A stretch of DNA of 64,000 bases from an uncultured Actinomycetes bacterium (GCA_963702655.1 CAVPDO010000012.1:107204-171203), one strand, 5' to 3'; shown: positions 51,100-60,325, numbered from the stretch's first letter. Notes: generated by a model from the sequence alone, not told the origin. Translations and numbers: made by a program.

Positions 51100-51588
51100 C
51101 TACGGCTTGCGCTTGAGGACGTTGCCCGAAGGCGTGAGCACGTACCACTTGCCGCCGCTGTTCTTGACCCCCTGCCCCTTCGCCTGGCCGGGCTTCGTGT
51201 CCGGGAGGTACGTGTAGAGCGGCCAGCGGTTGTACGTGACGACGCGGCCGTCCAGGCCGAGCAGCTTCTTCTTCGCCGCGCCACCCGCCGTGGGCTTCTG
51301 GCCCTTCTTCAGCTTCAGCGGCGGCCAGACCGTCACGCAGGCCTTGGAGGTGCAGGTCACCTTCTTTTGCTTGTCGGGCACGAACATGTAGAGCGTCCGG
51401 TCCTTGCTGTTCACAAGCACGACGCCGAGGTTCTTGATCTTCTTGGTCTGCACCGTCGGCGCCGCGGCGGCGCGTCGAGCGGCCGCCCTGGAGCTGGCCG
51501 CTCCGTTCCAGCCGATCGCCGCGACCGCAACCAGTGCGGCCAGCGCCGCGACGAACCCGATCCGCTTGCGCGTTGCCACGGCCTTCAC
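51100..51588 (-). CDS. Secreted/lipoprotein with a Yx(FWY)xxD repeat motif
   Basis: Signal anchor, then TLYMFVPD ... WPPL ... PLYTYLPDTKPGQAKGQG ... GKWYVL. Confidence 0.75.
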   Translation of the reverse strand: MKAVATRKRIGFVAALAALVAVAAIGWNGAASSRAAARRAAAAPTVQTKKIKNLGVVLVNSKDRTLYMFVPDKQKKVTCTSKACVTVWPPLKLKKGQKPTAGGAAKKKLLGLDGRVVTYNRWPLYTYLPDTKPGQAKGQGVKNSGGKWYVLTPSGNVLKRKP

Positions 51589-51606
51589 TGTAGCTCTCCG
51601 AAAGGC

Positions 51607-51632
51607 GAAGCGGCGGACTGAGCCGCCGCTTC
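51607..51632 (-). terminator. Hairpin GAAGCGGCGG-N6-CCGCCGCTTC downstream of the GGDEF/EAL gene
   Basis: Perfect 10-bp GC-rich stem followed on the minus strand by GCCTTTCGG. Confidence 0.45.
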
Positions 51633-51749
51633 AATCACTCCGCCGCAGAGTTGTTGCCGTCAGCCCCGAGCGGGAGTCGAGTTCATCATCTCGCGGGCCC
51701 GTCGTGGTGGGCCTCCCCCTTTTGGGGGATCTGCGGAACATCGGCTCCG

Positions 51750-54383
51750 CTAGGCCGTATGCGAGGCCGGAACGAGCGAGAGCTGCGGCCTGGGCTGCGA
51801 CCGCCGATACAGAAGCCGCTCCACCTCGTCGGCAGGCGCCGGGCGTCCGAAGAGATAGCCCTGCCCGAAGCGGCAGCCCATCTGCTTGAGCCGGTCGGCC
51901 TGGGCGACATGCTCGATTCCCTCGGCAACCGCCGCCAGGCCGAGCGAGTCTCCCAGCCGCAGGATCGCGTCGACGAACGCCTCGTCCGGCTCGTCGCCGA
52001 CGAGCCGGTCGACGAACGGCTTCGGGATCTTCACCGACTCGATCGGGAACTCGGCGAGACGGCTCAGCGACGAGTAGCCCGTGCCGAAGTCGTCGATCGT
52101 CAGGCTCACTCCGAGCTCACGCAGGCGGCGCATCGCGACGAGCGCGCCGTCGCTCCCCTGGATCACGCCCGACTCCGTCACCTCGATCACGAGTCGGCCC
52201 GGCTCGACCCCGTACCCCTTCAGAGCCTCGGAGAGGGTGTCGACGAGCCGCTCGTTCGCGAGCTCGGCGGCGGCGACGTTGAGCCAGATCGTCAGCCGCT
52301 GCGGCCAGCGGCGGGCCGCCTCGAGAGCCTGCTGGAGGACAAGACGGCCGAGCTCGATCGTCAATCCGGTCTCTTCCGCCGCCGGCAGGAAATCCGCGGC
52401 GCTGAGGAGGCCGCGCGTGGGGTGCGGCCAGCGGGCGAGCACCTCGAAGCCTTCGATCTCCCCGTCTTCCAGTCGCACGACCGGCTGGAAGTGGACGAGG
52501 ATCTCGCGGCGTTCGATTGCCGCCTCGAGATCCAGACTGAGCTGCCGCTGGACGCGAAGCTTCTCGTGGAGCGCAGCCTCGTAGAGCGTGTAGGCGCGCT
52601 CCGAACGCTTGACGCTGTACATCGCGATGTCCGCGTTGCGGATGAGGTCCTCGCCGTCCGTGGTGGCGGCGGTGCCGACGGCGATCCCGACGCTCACGTG
52701 ACAGGCGACGTCGCCGCAGCCGAGCACGTACGTCCCGTCGATCGTGTCGAGCATGCGCCGCGCCGCGGCCACAGCAGCCTCGGCGTCCGCGTCGCGAACG
52801 AGAACCGCGAACTCGTCGCCGCCGAGCCGCGCGGCGAGGTCCTGAACGCGGATGGCGCCGCTCAGGCGGCGCGAGAACTCGGTCAGCAGCTCGTCGCCCG
52901 CGCTGTGGCCCCACGTGTCGTTGACCGTCTTGAAGCGGTCGAGATCGAGGTAGAGGACGGCCGTCGAGCCGCTGCCGCGCGCGAGTTCCTCCTCCACCGC
53001 CTCGAGCAGGTTGAGCCGGTTGGGAAGACCGGTGAGAGCGTCGTGGTACGCCTGGTGGCGAAGCTGCTCCTTGAGCTCGGTCACCTCCGCGAGCGAGTGC
53101 TCGAGCCGGCCGTTCTCGAGCAGGATGCTGGCATGGCCGGCGAACGTCACGAGCAGCTCGACGTCGGGCTCGGCGAAGGTGCTGACGTCGCCGAGGCGCT
53201 CGCCCACCACGAGCAGGCCGAAGGTCCGGTCCTCCCCGCGCAGCGGCGCCACGATCGCGTCCTCGAGGCCGCGCGAGCGAAGGAACGCGTCGAACGCGTG
53301 GGTGGCGCGCCGTCGCGCGAGCAGGCTCGCCGAGCCGATGGTCGCGATCTCCGCGAACGCGGCCGCGTCCTCCGGGGCGAACGTTTCCTCGGGATGCATG
53401 AGCAGCTCCCCTTCCGCGCCGCTGACGCTCCGCAGCGGTCCTCCGCCGTCGGCGGCCGGCAGCAGCAGGATCTCGGCGTACTCGGCGCGGAGCAGCCGGC
53501 GCGCAGCCACCAGCAGCTGCCCGATCGCGAGGCCGAACTCCGGCGCGCCCTGCGTCGCGCGCATCGACTCGTACAGGAACTCGACGTGCTCCCGCTGCTC
53601 GCGCTGCTCCATGTAGCCCCGGAACGCCGCGACGGTGGCGAGGACGGGGATGACGAGCAGGAGGACGGCGGCCGGCCGTACCTGGAGGAGCTCGACGACC
53701 GCGAGGCCCAGCGACGCTGTCGCGAGCGCGCCGAGCGTGGACGAGACCAGCGTGTGTCCGAGCTGGGGAGCCTGGAGGCGCTCCTCGGCGATCGCGATCA
53801 CCGCCGAGACGAGCAGGATGCCCACGACGTGTGCCACGGCGCACGCGAACAGCACGAGCACCCACAGGTGAGGCGCCGAGTCGGCCGGCGAGGCGAGCGC
53901 GCGGAAGACCAGCAGCGCGATTCCGCTGCAGAGCGGCAGCTCGGCGAGGTTGAAGGCGAACTTGGCGAGCTGGCGCATCTGGCTCCTGCGCCGGTTCACG
54001 ACGAGGGCGATGAACGTGCCCACGAGCTGTCCGATCAACAGCGACGAGGGCGCCGCGAGCAGAAGGCCCAACGTGAGCCCGATCTCGGTCAGCGACAGGG
54101 TGTGCGCCTGCTTGCGGAACTGGAGATGGACGACGAGGACCTCGGCGAGGTAGAAGGCGAGGGCGAGCCAGTACCACGAGAGGGTCGGGGTGAGCCCGAA
54201 CGCCGGCAGGTTCAGACCGCGCAGCGCGATCGTCCACACGACCGCACACGCAAGGGCGAGCACCCCGTTGAACGCCCAGACGCGGCGGGGCGCGCGCAGA
54301 GCCTCACGCACGGACGCGCCGAGCGGCTGCGAGGCCTCGCTCGACGCGCGCCGTGTGTGGGTGGGAAGCCGGCCGACGGTCAC
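51750..54383 (-). CDS. Membrane sensor with GAF, GGDEF and EAL domains (c-di-GMP turnover)
   Basis: N-terminal multi-TM region. RLGGDEFAVL (GGDEF). EAL region (EILVHFQP, EVTES, DDFGTGYSSL, GQGYLFGRP). Confidence 0.9.
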   Translation of the reverse strand: MTVGRLPTHTRRASSEASQPLGASVREALRAPRRVWAFNGVLALACAVVWTIALRGLNLPAFGLTPTLSWYWLALAFYLAEVLVVHLQFRKQAHTLSLTEIGLTLGLLLAAPSSLLIGQLVGTFIALVVNRRRSQMRQLAKFAFNLAELPLCSGIALLVFRALASPADSAPHLWVLVLFACAVAHVVGILLVSAVIAIAEERLQAPQLGHTLVSSTLGALATASLGLAVVELLQVRPAAVLLLVIPVLATVAAFRGYMEQREQREHVEFLYESMRATQGAPEFGLAIGQLLVAARRLLRAEYAEILLLPAADGGGPLRSVSGAEGELLMHPEETFAPEDAAAFAEIATIGSASLLARRRATHAFDAFLRSRGLEDAIVAPLRGEDRTFGLLVVGERLGDVSTFAEPDVELLVTFAGHASILLENGRLEHSLAEVTELKEQLRHQAYHDALTGLPNRLNLLEAVEEELARGSGSTAVLYLDLDRFKTVNDTWGHSAGDELLTEFSRRLSGAIRVQDLAARLGGDEFAVLVRDADAEAAVAAARRMLDTIDGTYVLGCGDVACHVSVGIAVGTAATTDGEDLIRNADIAMYSVKRSERAYTLYEAALHEKLRVQRQLSLDLEAAIERREILVHFQPVVRLEDGEIEGFEVLARWPHPTRGLLSAADFLPAAEETGLTIELGRLVLQQALEAARRWPQRLTIWLNVAAAELANERLVDTLSEALKGYGVEPGRLVIEVTESGVIQGSDGALVAMRRLRELGVSLTIDDFGTGYSSLSRLAEFPIESVKIPKPFVDRLVGDEPDEAFVDAILRLGDSLGLAAVAEGIEHVAQADRLKQMGCRFGQGYLFGRPAPADEVERLLYRRSQPRPQLSLVPASHTA

Positions 54384-54402
54384 CGGCTTCGCCCGCTATC
54401 CA

Positions 54403-55956
54403 TCAGCCCCAGCTGGCGCCGAGCCATTGGTCTCCCGACCAGCTCGAACCGCTCCAGCTGGAGCCGCTCCAGGAGCTTCCGCTCCACGAGCTGCCCGACC
54501 AGCTGGAACCGCCCCAGGAGTTGCCCGACCAGGAGAGAAGGCTGCTCCAGCTCGAGCCGCTCCAGGAGCTTCCGCTCCACGAGCTGCCCGACCAGCTCGA
54601 GCCGCTCCAGGAGTTGCCGTTCCACGAATCGCCCGTCCACTGGGAGTCGTTCCACCTGCCGCCCGACCAGCTGGAGCCTTGCGCCTCGAGCCTGGCCATC
54701 CGCAGCGAGTTGAACGGCCGGCCGAAGATGTCCTCCGGGCCCTGGAGCACGACGCCGCCGAGCGAGAGGTGGTTCGAGCCGCGCGACGCCTCGAGCGAGC
54801 CCACCCCGAACGACGACAGATGGAACTGCCTGGCGTTGCGCGACGGCGAGTCCGCGAGCAGCGCGTTCAGGTCGAGCTCTCCGGCGCCTTGCCAGAGCCG
54901 TGAGGCGCCGGACAGCGGGTCGGAGCTCTCTACCAGCATTTGCTTGACCTGGTCCGGCGACAGATGCGGATACTCCTGGAGCAGCAGCGCGACAGCGCCC
55001 GTCACGTATGCCGCCGCCTCGGACGTGCCGCTGCCGCGGAAGTACTGGTCGCCGAGCTCGGCGCTCGGGTTGTTCTGGTCGACGTACGATCCCGGGTCGC
55101 GCAGGCCCTGCATGTGGACACCCGGCGCGAGGAGGTCCGGAGCGCGGCAGTCGAGGAAGCCGCAGCCCGCGGCGCCCGCCGAGAAGGAGGCGGGCTGATC
55201 GTCGGAGATGGACGGCGTGCCCATCGTGTCCGCAGCGCCCACCGCGACCACCCACGGGTCGTAGGCGGGATCCGCCAGACCCGAGCCCGGCCCGGTGTTC
55301 CCGGCGCCCGTGACGACCACGATGCCGGCCTTCCAGGCACGCTCGACGGCGAATGCGAGCGGATCGATCACGAACGGCTGCGAGGAGTCCGTGCCATAGG
55401 AGAGGTTGAGGACGCGGATGTTCATCCCGTGGTCGGTGCGGTGCTGCACGACCCAGTCGATGGCCGCGATCACCTGGCTGACGTCGACGCCGCCGTCGGC
55501 GTCGCCGACCTTGACCGACAGGATCCGCGAGTCCGGAGCCACGCCGCGATAGCCGCCGGGCTGGTCGTCGTTGCCGCCGATGATCCCGGCCATGAAGGTC
55601 CCGTGACCGTTCGTGTCGAGGTACTCGAAGTTCGGATTCTGCGACTCGAGCGAGAGATCGGGGCCGTTCACGATCTTGCCGTTCCCGCTCAGGGCGGGCA
55701 CGGGAGCGACGCCGGTGTCGATGAGCGCGACGTCGACGCCCTGGCCCGTGAGGCCCGAGTTCCACCACGCCTGCGCGCCGTCGCCGGCTGTGATGTTCTG
55801 CATGGAGTACGGGTCGCCCGCGGGGTCGTACGCCGAAGCGCCCCACGATGCGCCCGGGCGGATCAGCCCGACCGCCAGCGCCAGGACGAGGGCGAGGAGC
55901 CCCACCTGCCAGGCCTTGAAGCGTGAAGCGTCGCGCGTGGTGAGGGGTGCCCTCAC
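54403..55956 (-). CDS. Secreted subtilisin-like S8 serine protease with a C-terminal Trp-pentad repeat tail
   Basis: GTG at 55956 with an AAGGAGG SD. Signal anchor. Catalytic D (ALIDTGV), H (NGHGTFMAG) and S (GSGTSEAAAYVTG). Confidence 0.9.
   Translation of the reverse strand: MRAPLTTRDASRFKAWQVGLLALVLALAVGLIRPGASWGASAYDPAGDPYSMQNITAGDGAQAWWNSGLTGQGVDVALIDTGVAPVPALSGNGKIVNGPDLSLESQNPNFEYLDTNGHGTFMAGIIGGNDDQPGGYRGVAPDSRILSVKVGDADGGVDVSQVIAAIDWVVQHRTDHGMNIRVLNLSYGTDSSQPFVIDPLAFAVERAWKAGIVVVTGAGNTGPGSGLADPAYDPWVVAVGAADTMGTPSISDDQPASFSAGAAGCGFLDCRAPDLLAPGVHMQGLRDPGSYVDQNNPSAELGDQYFRGSGTSEAAAYVTGAVALLLQEYPHLSPDQVKQMLVESSDPLSGASRLWQGAGELDLNALLADSPSRNARQFHLSSFGVGSLEASRGSNHLSLGGVVLQGPEDIFGRPFNSLRMARLEAQGSSWSGGRWNDSQWTGDSWNGNSWSGSSWSGSSWSGSSWSGSSWSSLLSWSGNSWGGSSWSGSSWSGSSWSGSSWSGSSWSGDQWLGASWG
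54406..54675 (-). repeat. About 18 tandem 15-nt (pentapeptide x-S-W-S-G) coding repeats
   Basis: SSWSG GRWND SQWTG DSWNG NSWSG (SSWSG)x3 SSWSS LLSWSG NSWGG (SSWSG)x5 DQWLG ASWG. Confidence 0.9.
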
Positions 55957-56119
55957 GTCTACCTCCTTGTCGCGACCGCCCTGATGCCGCAGAACGCGCC
56001 GCCGTAGCCGCCAATCAGTCGCCGGACGGTAGACCCACGTCGGAGGGCGATCTTCCCGCAGAAGGGGGAGCCGAATACCTGAAACGAGGGATTCTGGCCC
56101 GCTGGAATACCGTGCACCC

Positions 56120-58313
56120 GTGAGCTCCGTCCTCGAATCGGCCCCACCGCGGTTCACCGCGGACGAGGCTGCACGGATCGCAGCGGACCTGTTCGGCGTC
56201 CGGGGCACCGCGTCCGGGCTCGGCAGCGAGCGCGACCAGGCGTTCCTGTTGGAGGACGCAGGCCGCGGCGGAGTCCTCAAGATCTCGAACGCCGGCGAGG
56301 ACGAGGCCGTGCTCGACCTCGAGGAAGCCGCGATCGCCCACGTAGCGGCCGTCGACCCAGACCTGCCGGTCGCCCGGCCGCTCGCTCCGCGGGCGACCTT
56401 CGACGGCCACCAGGTGCGCCTGCTCGAGCGGCGGTCACGGCCGCAAGGGCGGGCCCGAGCTCGACGACGCCGCGGTGCGCGGGATCGCCGCGGTGCACGC
56501 GCGTCTCTGTCTCGCGCTCCGGTCGTTCTTCCACCCCGCAGCCGGCCGAGAGCTGCTGTGGAACGTTCGGGCGGCGCCACGGCTTCGCCCGCTGCTCGAC
56601 GAGATCGCCGATCCCGCCCGGCGGGCCCTCGTCGCTCGCACCCTCGACCGGTACGAGGCGCGCGTGCTGCCGGAGTGGGATCGCCTGCGCGGTCAGGTCG
56701 TGCACGGCGACTTCAACCTCGACAACCTCCTGCTCGACGAGCGCGGACGGGTGGCCGGGATCCTCGACTTCGGCGACTGCTGCCACACGGCGCTCGCGGC
56801 CGACGTCGCCGTCGGGCTCGCGTCGTTCCTGCGCGGACGGCCGCCCGACGACGCGTTCCGGACGGCGCGGATCGCCCTCGACGGCTTCTCTTCCGGTCTC
56901 CCGCTCGAGCAGCTCGAGCTCGAGCTGCTGGGCGACCTGGTGGCGGCGCGACTCGCGGCGATCGTCTCGATCAGCGCCTGGCGGTCACACCGCTTCCCCG
57001 AGAACGCTGCCTACATCGAGGCCTGGGACGACGATTCCTGGCGCCTGCTCGAGCTGCTCGACGGCCTCGACCCGGAGGACGTCGCGTGCGAGCTCGGTGG
57101 ACGCCGCGCCGCGGCCGCGAGCCCCGAGCTCGTGCGGCGACGGAACGCAGCGCTCGGCGCGCTCCTGACACCGCTCACCTACGTGCGGCCGGTGCACGCG
57201 GTCCGGGCGGAGGGCGTCTGGATCCACGAGCCGGACGGCGGCCGGCTCCTCGACGCCTACAACAACGTCCCGGTCGTCGGCCACTGCCATCCGCGGGTGA
57301 CCGAGGCCGTCGTCCGCCAGACGCGCCTGGGCGCGACGAACGCCAGGTACCTCGCCGAGCCGCTCGTCGAGCTCTCCGAGCGGCTGCTCGCGACCCTCCC
57401 GGGCCTCGACACGGTCTTGCTCGTCAACTCCGGCAGCGAGGCGAACGACCTCGCGTGGCGGCTCGCCGCGGGCGTCACCGGACGCGACGGGGTGCTCGTG
57501 ACCGAGAACGCGTACCACGGAGTCACCGCGGCGACGACCGCGCTCTCCCCCGAGGACTGGCCGGCGGCGGATCGACCTCGGCGCGTCGCCGTCATCCCGC
57601 CGCCCGGGAGCGGCGTCGACCTCGCGAGTGCCCTGGACGTCGCGCTCGACGGGCTCGACGGCGAGCTCGCCGCGACGTTCCTCGACGGCTCGCTCATGAG
57701 CGACGGGATCTACGTGCCCGAGACCTCGGAGCTCCGGCTGCTCGTGGAGCGGACCCGCGCCGCCGGAGGCCTCTACGTCGCAGACGAGGTGCAGGCCGGC
57801 CACGGCCGGCTCGGGCCGGAGCTCTGGTCGTTCACGCGGCACGGGATCGTGCCGGACGTCGTCACGCTCGGCAAGCCGATGGGCAACGGCTATCCGGTCG
57901 CCGCGGTCGTGACGCGGCGGGAGCTCGCCGAGCAGTTCCGGTACTCGGGCCGGACGTTCTCCACCTTCGGCGGCAACCCGGTCGCGGCCGCCGCCGCGCT
58001 CGCCGTGCTGGACGTGCTCGACGACGAGCGGCTGCCGGAGGGCGCCGCAGAGGTCGGACAGCGCCTGCGCGCGGCGATCGAGAGCCTCGGCAAGCGGGAC
58101 GTCGTCGAGGTGCGGGGCCGTGGTCTGCTGGCCGGCGTCCAGCTCTCGGGCGGCGAGCCGGCCGCACGCGTCACCGAGGAGCTACGTGCGCGCGGGATCC
58201 TCGTGGGACGCACGGGACGAGGCGGAGAAGTGCTCAAGATCCGGCCGCCGCTCGTGTTCACGGATGAACATGCCGAGCTGCTCGTCTCCGCGCTCGACGG
58301 CGCTCTGGGCTGA
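56120..58313 (+). CDS. Phosphotransferase (APH/kinase-like) domain fused to a class-III PLP aminotransferase; +1 frameshift near 56425-56450
   Basis: APH part: VVHGDFNLDNLLLDERGRVAGILDFGD. Aminotransferase part: LVNSGSEANDLAWRLA, ADEVQAGHGRLG, VTLGKPMGNGYPVAAV. Length is 1 mod 3. Confidence 0.85.
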
Positions 58314-58346
58314 TTCCTTCGCCACGAAGTCGTATCTTCAGGTCCC

Positions 58347-58898
58347 ATGGCCGTGGAGCAGACAGACGCGCAGCTCGTCTCGCGTTGCCGCGCAGGCGAT
58401 CCGGGCGCCTGGAACGAGTTCGTGGAGCGCTTTTCGCGCTACGTCTACGCGATCTGCGGCCGCGGCTTCCGCCTCGCGCAGCACGACGCAGAGGACGTCT
58501 TCCAGGAGGTCTTCGCCCGCGCATACGAGCGGCTGCCCGAACTGCGCAACGACGACGCCGTCCGGCCCTGGCTCGCACAGCTGACGCGGCGGCTCTGCAT
58601 CGACCGGCTGCGGCTGAACGCCCGCGACCTCCCCTCCGACGAGGAGCCGGACGAGCGGGAGACCGACGACGTGCTCGCCCAGCTCGACGAGGCAATGGCC
58701 GTGCGGGCCGCGCTCGACAAGGTCGGCGACCCGTGCCGGGAGATCCTCGATCGCTTCTTCTGCCGCGACGAGAGCTACCGCACCATCGGCGAGTCGCTCG
58801 ACATCCCCGCCGGAACGATCGCCAGCCGGATCTCGCGCTGCCTCGAGAAAGTTCGTTCCGAACTCGATGGAAGGAGTCGGGCCTCTCGCCCGTCATGA
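58347..58898 (+). CDS. ECF-type sigma-70 family RNA polymerase sigma factor
   Basis: Region 2 (DAEDVFQEVFARAY...PWLAQLTRRLCID) and region 4 (ESYRTIGESLDIPAGTIASRISRCLEKV). Confidence 0.9.
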   Translation: MAVEQTDAQLVSRCRAGDPGAWNEFVERFSRYVYAICGRGFRLAQHDAEDVFQEVFARAYERLPELRNDDAVRPWLAQLTRRLCIDRLRLNARDLPSDEEPDERETDDVLAQLDEAMAVRAALDKVGDPCREILDRFFCRDESYRTIGESLDIPAGTIASRISRCLEKVRSELDGRSRASRPS

Positions 58899-59161
58899 AG
58901 ATTGAGATGAACGGTTACGACGAGGAACAGATCGGCCGGCTGCTACGCCTCCTCCCGCCCGCACCGCAGGGGTGGGTGCGCGCAGCGCAGGAGCTGCCGA
59001 CGGCACGGGCGGCGCTCGACGAGCTCGTCGCACGTGCCGAACAGGACGCCGAGTTCCGGCTCCAGCTCCGGGCCGACCTCGAGCGTGCGGTTGCCTCCGC
59101 CGGTTACGAGCCCTCGCCGTTCATCGTCTCCCGGCTGCGCCGGCTCCTCGAGGAGGTCTGA
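58895..59161 (+). CDS. Small helical protein translationally coupled to the ECF sigma gene (candidate anti-sigma factor)
   Basis: ATGA overlap. 88 aa with no TM helix. The call rests on position only. Confidence 0.4.
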   Translation: MKIEMNGYDEEQIGRLLRLLPPAPQGWVRAAQELPTARAALDELVARAEQDAEFRLQLRADLERAVASAGYEPSPFIVSRLRRLLEEV

Positions 59162-59197
59162 CGCACGCGGGTCGGCGCCGGTTGAGACACTCCCAAG

Positions 59198-59764
59198 GTG
59201 CTCACCGGCCTCCCCCTTCCCGCGCTGCTCGAGGAGCTGGCAGCGCCGCGCGAGGTTCCCGGCGCAGGCTCCGCGCTGGCGGCGGCCCTCGCGGCGGCCG
59301 CCGCGGTCGTGCAGATGGCCGCACGGCTCTCGCCGGAGAGCTGGGCCGACGCCGGTGGAGTCGCGGCCCAGGCCGAAGCTTTGCGCGAGCGCGCGGTACA
59401 GCTCGTCGACGAGGACGCCGAGGCGTACCGGCTGGCGCTCGAGGCGAGGACGGCCGCCGACGAGACGGGAAGACCGGAGCAGCGCGACTGGGCCCTCGGG
59501 CGGGCTACGGCGGCAGCCGCCGAACCGCCACTGGCGCTCGCGCGGCTGGCCGGCGACCTGGCCGAGCTCTGCGCAGCAGCGGGCGCGCGGGTCGAGCCGC
59601 GCGTGCATGCCGACGTCGCCGCGGCCGCCGCGCTCGCGGCGGCGGTCGCACGCGGGGCGCGCGCGCTCGTGGCGACGAACCTCACGACGCTCCCCGGCGA
59701 CGCCCGCGTGCAGGAGGCCGATCTCCTGGCGGCGGCCGCCGAAGCGGCGGCCAGGTCCCTGTAA
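59198..59764 (+). CDS. Cyclodeaminase/cyclohydrolase family protein (FTCD C-terminal-like)
   Basis: LLEELAAP.EVPGAGSALAAALAAAAAVVQMAARL ... DEDAEAY; an all-helical Ala-rich pattern typical of the family. Confidence 0.7.
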   Translation: MLTGLPLPALLEELAAPREVPGAGSALAAALAAAAAVVQMAARLSPESWADAGGVAAQAEALRERAVQLVDEDAEAYRLALEARTAADETGRPEQRDWALGRATAAAAEPPLALARLAGDLAELCAAAGARVEPRVHADVAAAAALAAAVARGARALVATNLTTLPGDARVQEADLLAAAAEAAARSL

Positions 59765-59778
59765 CCGGCCTGGTCCAT

Positions 59779-59808
59779 GAGAAGGCCCGGGTCGAGCCGG
59801 GCCTCCTC
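59779..59808. terminator. Bidirectional hairpin between convergent genes
   Basis: GAGAAGGCCCGG-N6-CCGGGCCTCCTC (one mismatch), between the stop at 59764 (+) and the stop at 59830 (-). Confidence 0.5.
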
Positions 59809-59829
59809 GTGACGGGTCAGGTCAACTGT

Positions 59830-59976
59830 TCAGATGCTGCTGGGGGAGTCCATGCGCACGTTCGGGAACTTGATGTGCGCTTCGAACTCGGACTCGTCGT
59901 CCTCGACGTGCTCGGCCGCTGTTGCGGCGTGGCCCTCGACCTCGGTTTCGTCGTCCTTGCGCTGTTCGTCCGGCAT
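59830..59976 (-). CDS. 48-aa acidic His-containing peptide A (MPDEQRKDDETEVEGHAATAAEHVEDDESEFEAHIKFPNVRMDSPSSI)
   Basis: Translated by hand. Strong SD GAAGGAGG 6 nt upstream of the ATG, hairpins on both sides, paralog of peptide B. Confidence 0.6.
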   Translation of the reverse strand: MPDEQRKDDETEVEGHAATAAEHVEDDESEFEAHIKFPNVRMDSPSSI

Positions 59977-60004
59977 CTCGTTCCTCCTTCGGAGCCGCGA
60001 GCAC

Positions 60005-60036
60005 GAGAAAGGCCCGGCATGCGCCGGGCCTTTCTC
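60005..60036 (-). terminator. Perfect 14-bp stem hairpin GAGAAAGGCCCGGC-ATGC-GCCGGGCCTTTCTC
   Basis: Read directly. Lies 19 nt downstream of the peptide B stop and upstream of the peptide A SD. Confidence 0.65.
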
Positions 60037-60054
60037 AAAGCTCCTGCCGCTGGT

Positions 60055-60201
60055 TCAGCTGTAGCTCGGCTTGTCGAACTTCTTGCCGTGAGCCTCGACC
60101 TCGTCGTCGGTCTCGGCCTCGTCGCGCGGCTCGTCGCTCGCGTGGATCCCGGTCTTATGAGCCTCGACCTCGTTCTCGTCGTTGCGCTGCTCCTCCGACA
60201 T
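60055..60201 (-). CDS. 48-aa acidic His-containing peptide B (MSEEQRNDENEVEAHKTGIHASDEPRDEAETDDEVEAHGKKFDKPSYS)
   Basis: Translated by hand. SD AAAGGAGG upstream of the ATG, followed by the 60005-60036 hairpin. Confidence 0.6.
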   Translation of the reverse strand: MSEEQRNDENEVEAHKTGIHASDEPRDEAETDDEVEAHGKKFDKPSYS

Positions 60202-60325
60202 TGCTCCTCCTTTTAGAAGCCCGTTGCGCCTGTGTTGGCGCTTTCACATCTCTAGACGTGCTGCTGACGACAAATCTTCCCATCGACTCTTCAAATCCGC
60301 AACCGTGCCTGCGATCCTCCCTGGC

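Noticed and set aside
54406-54675. 15-nt tandem repeats as a possible CRISPR array or non-coding VNTR
   Set aside because: The units are contiguous with no spacers, are far shorter than CRISPR repeats, and sit in frame at the 3' end of the S8 protease gene encoding x-S-W-S-G. No cas genes are present in the window.
51651-54713. 1020-aa plus-strand ORF opposite the GGDEF/EAL gene, including the ELPLHELPDQLEP repeats at 54.4-54.7 kb
   Set aside because: It is the mirror image of a strongly supported minus-strand gene and of the SSWSG repeat. The apparent repeat protein is the antisense reading of the same 15-nt tandem repeat.
58347-59161. ECF sigma / small protein pair as the missing output of the PP2C-STAS partner switch
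   Set aside because: The pair is 19 kb away with many unrelated operons between. ECF sigmas are normally controlled by their own co-transcribed anti-sigma factor rather than by STAS/RsbW-type switches. No shared cis-element was seen.
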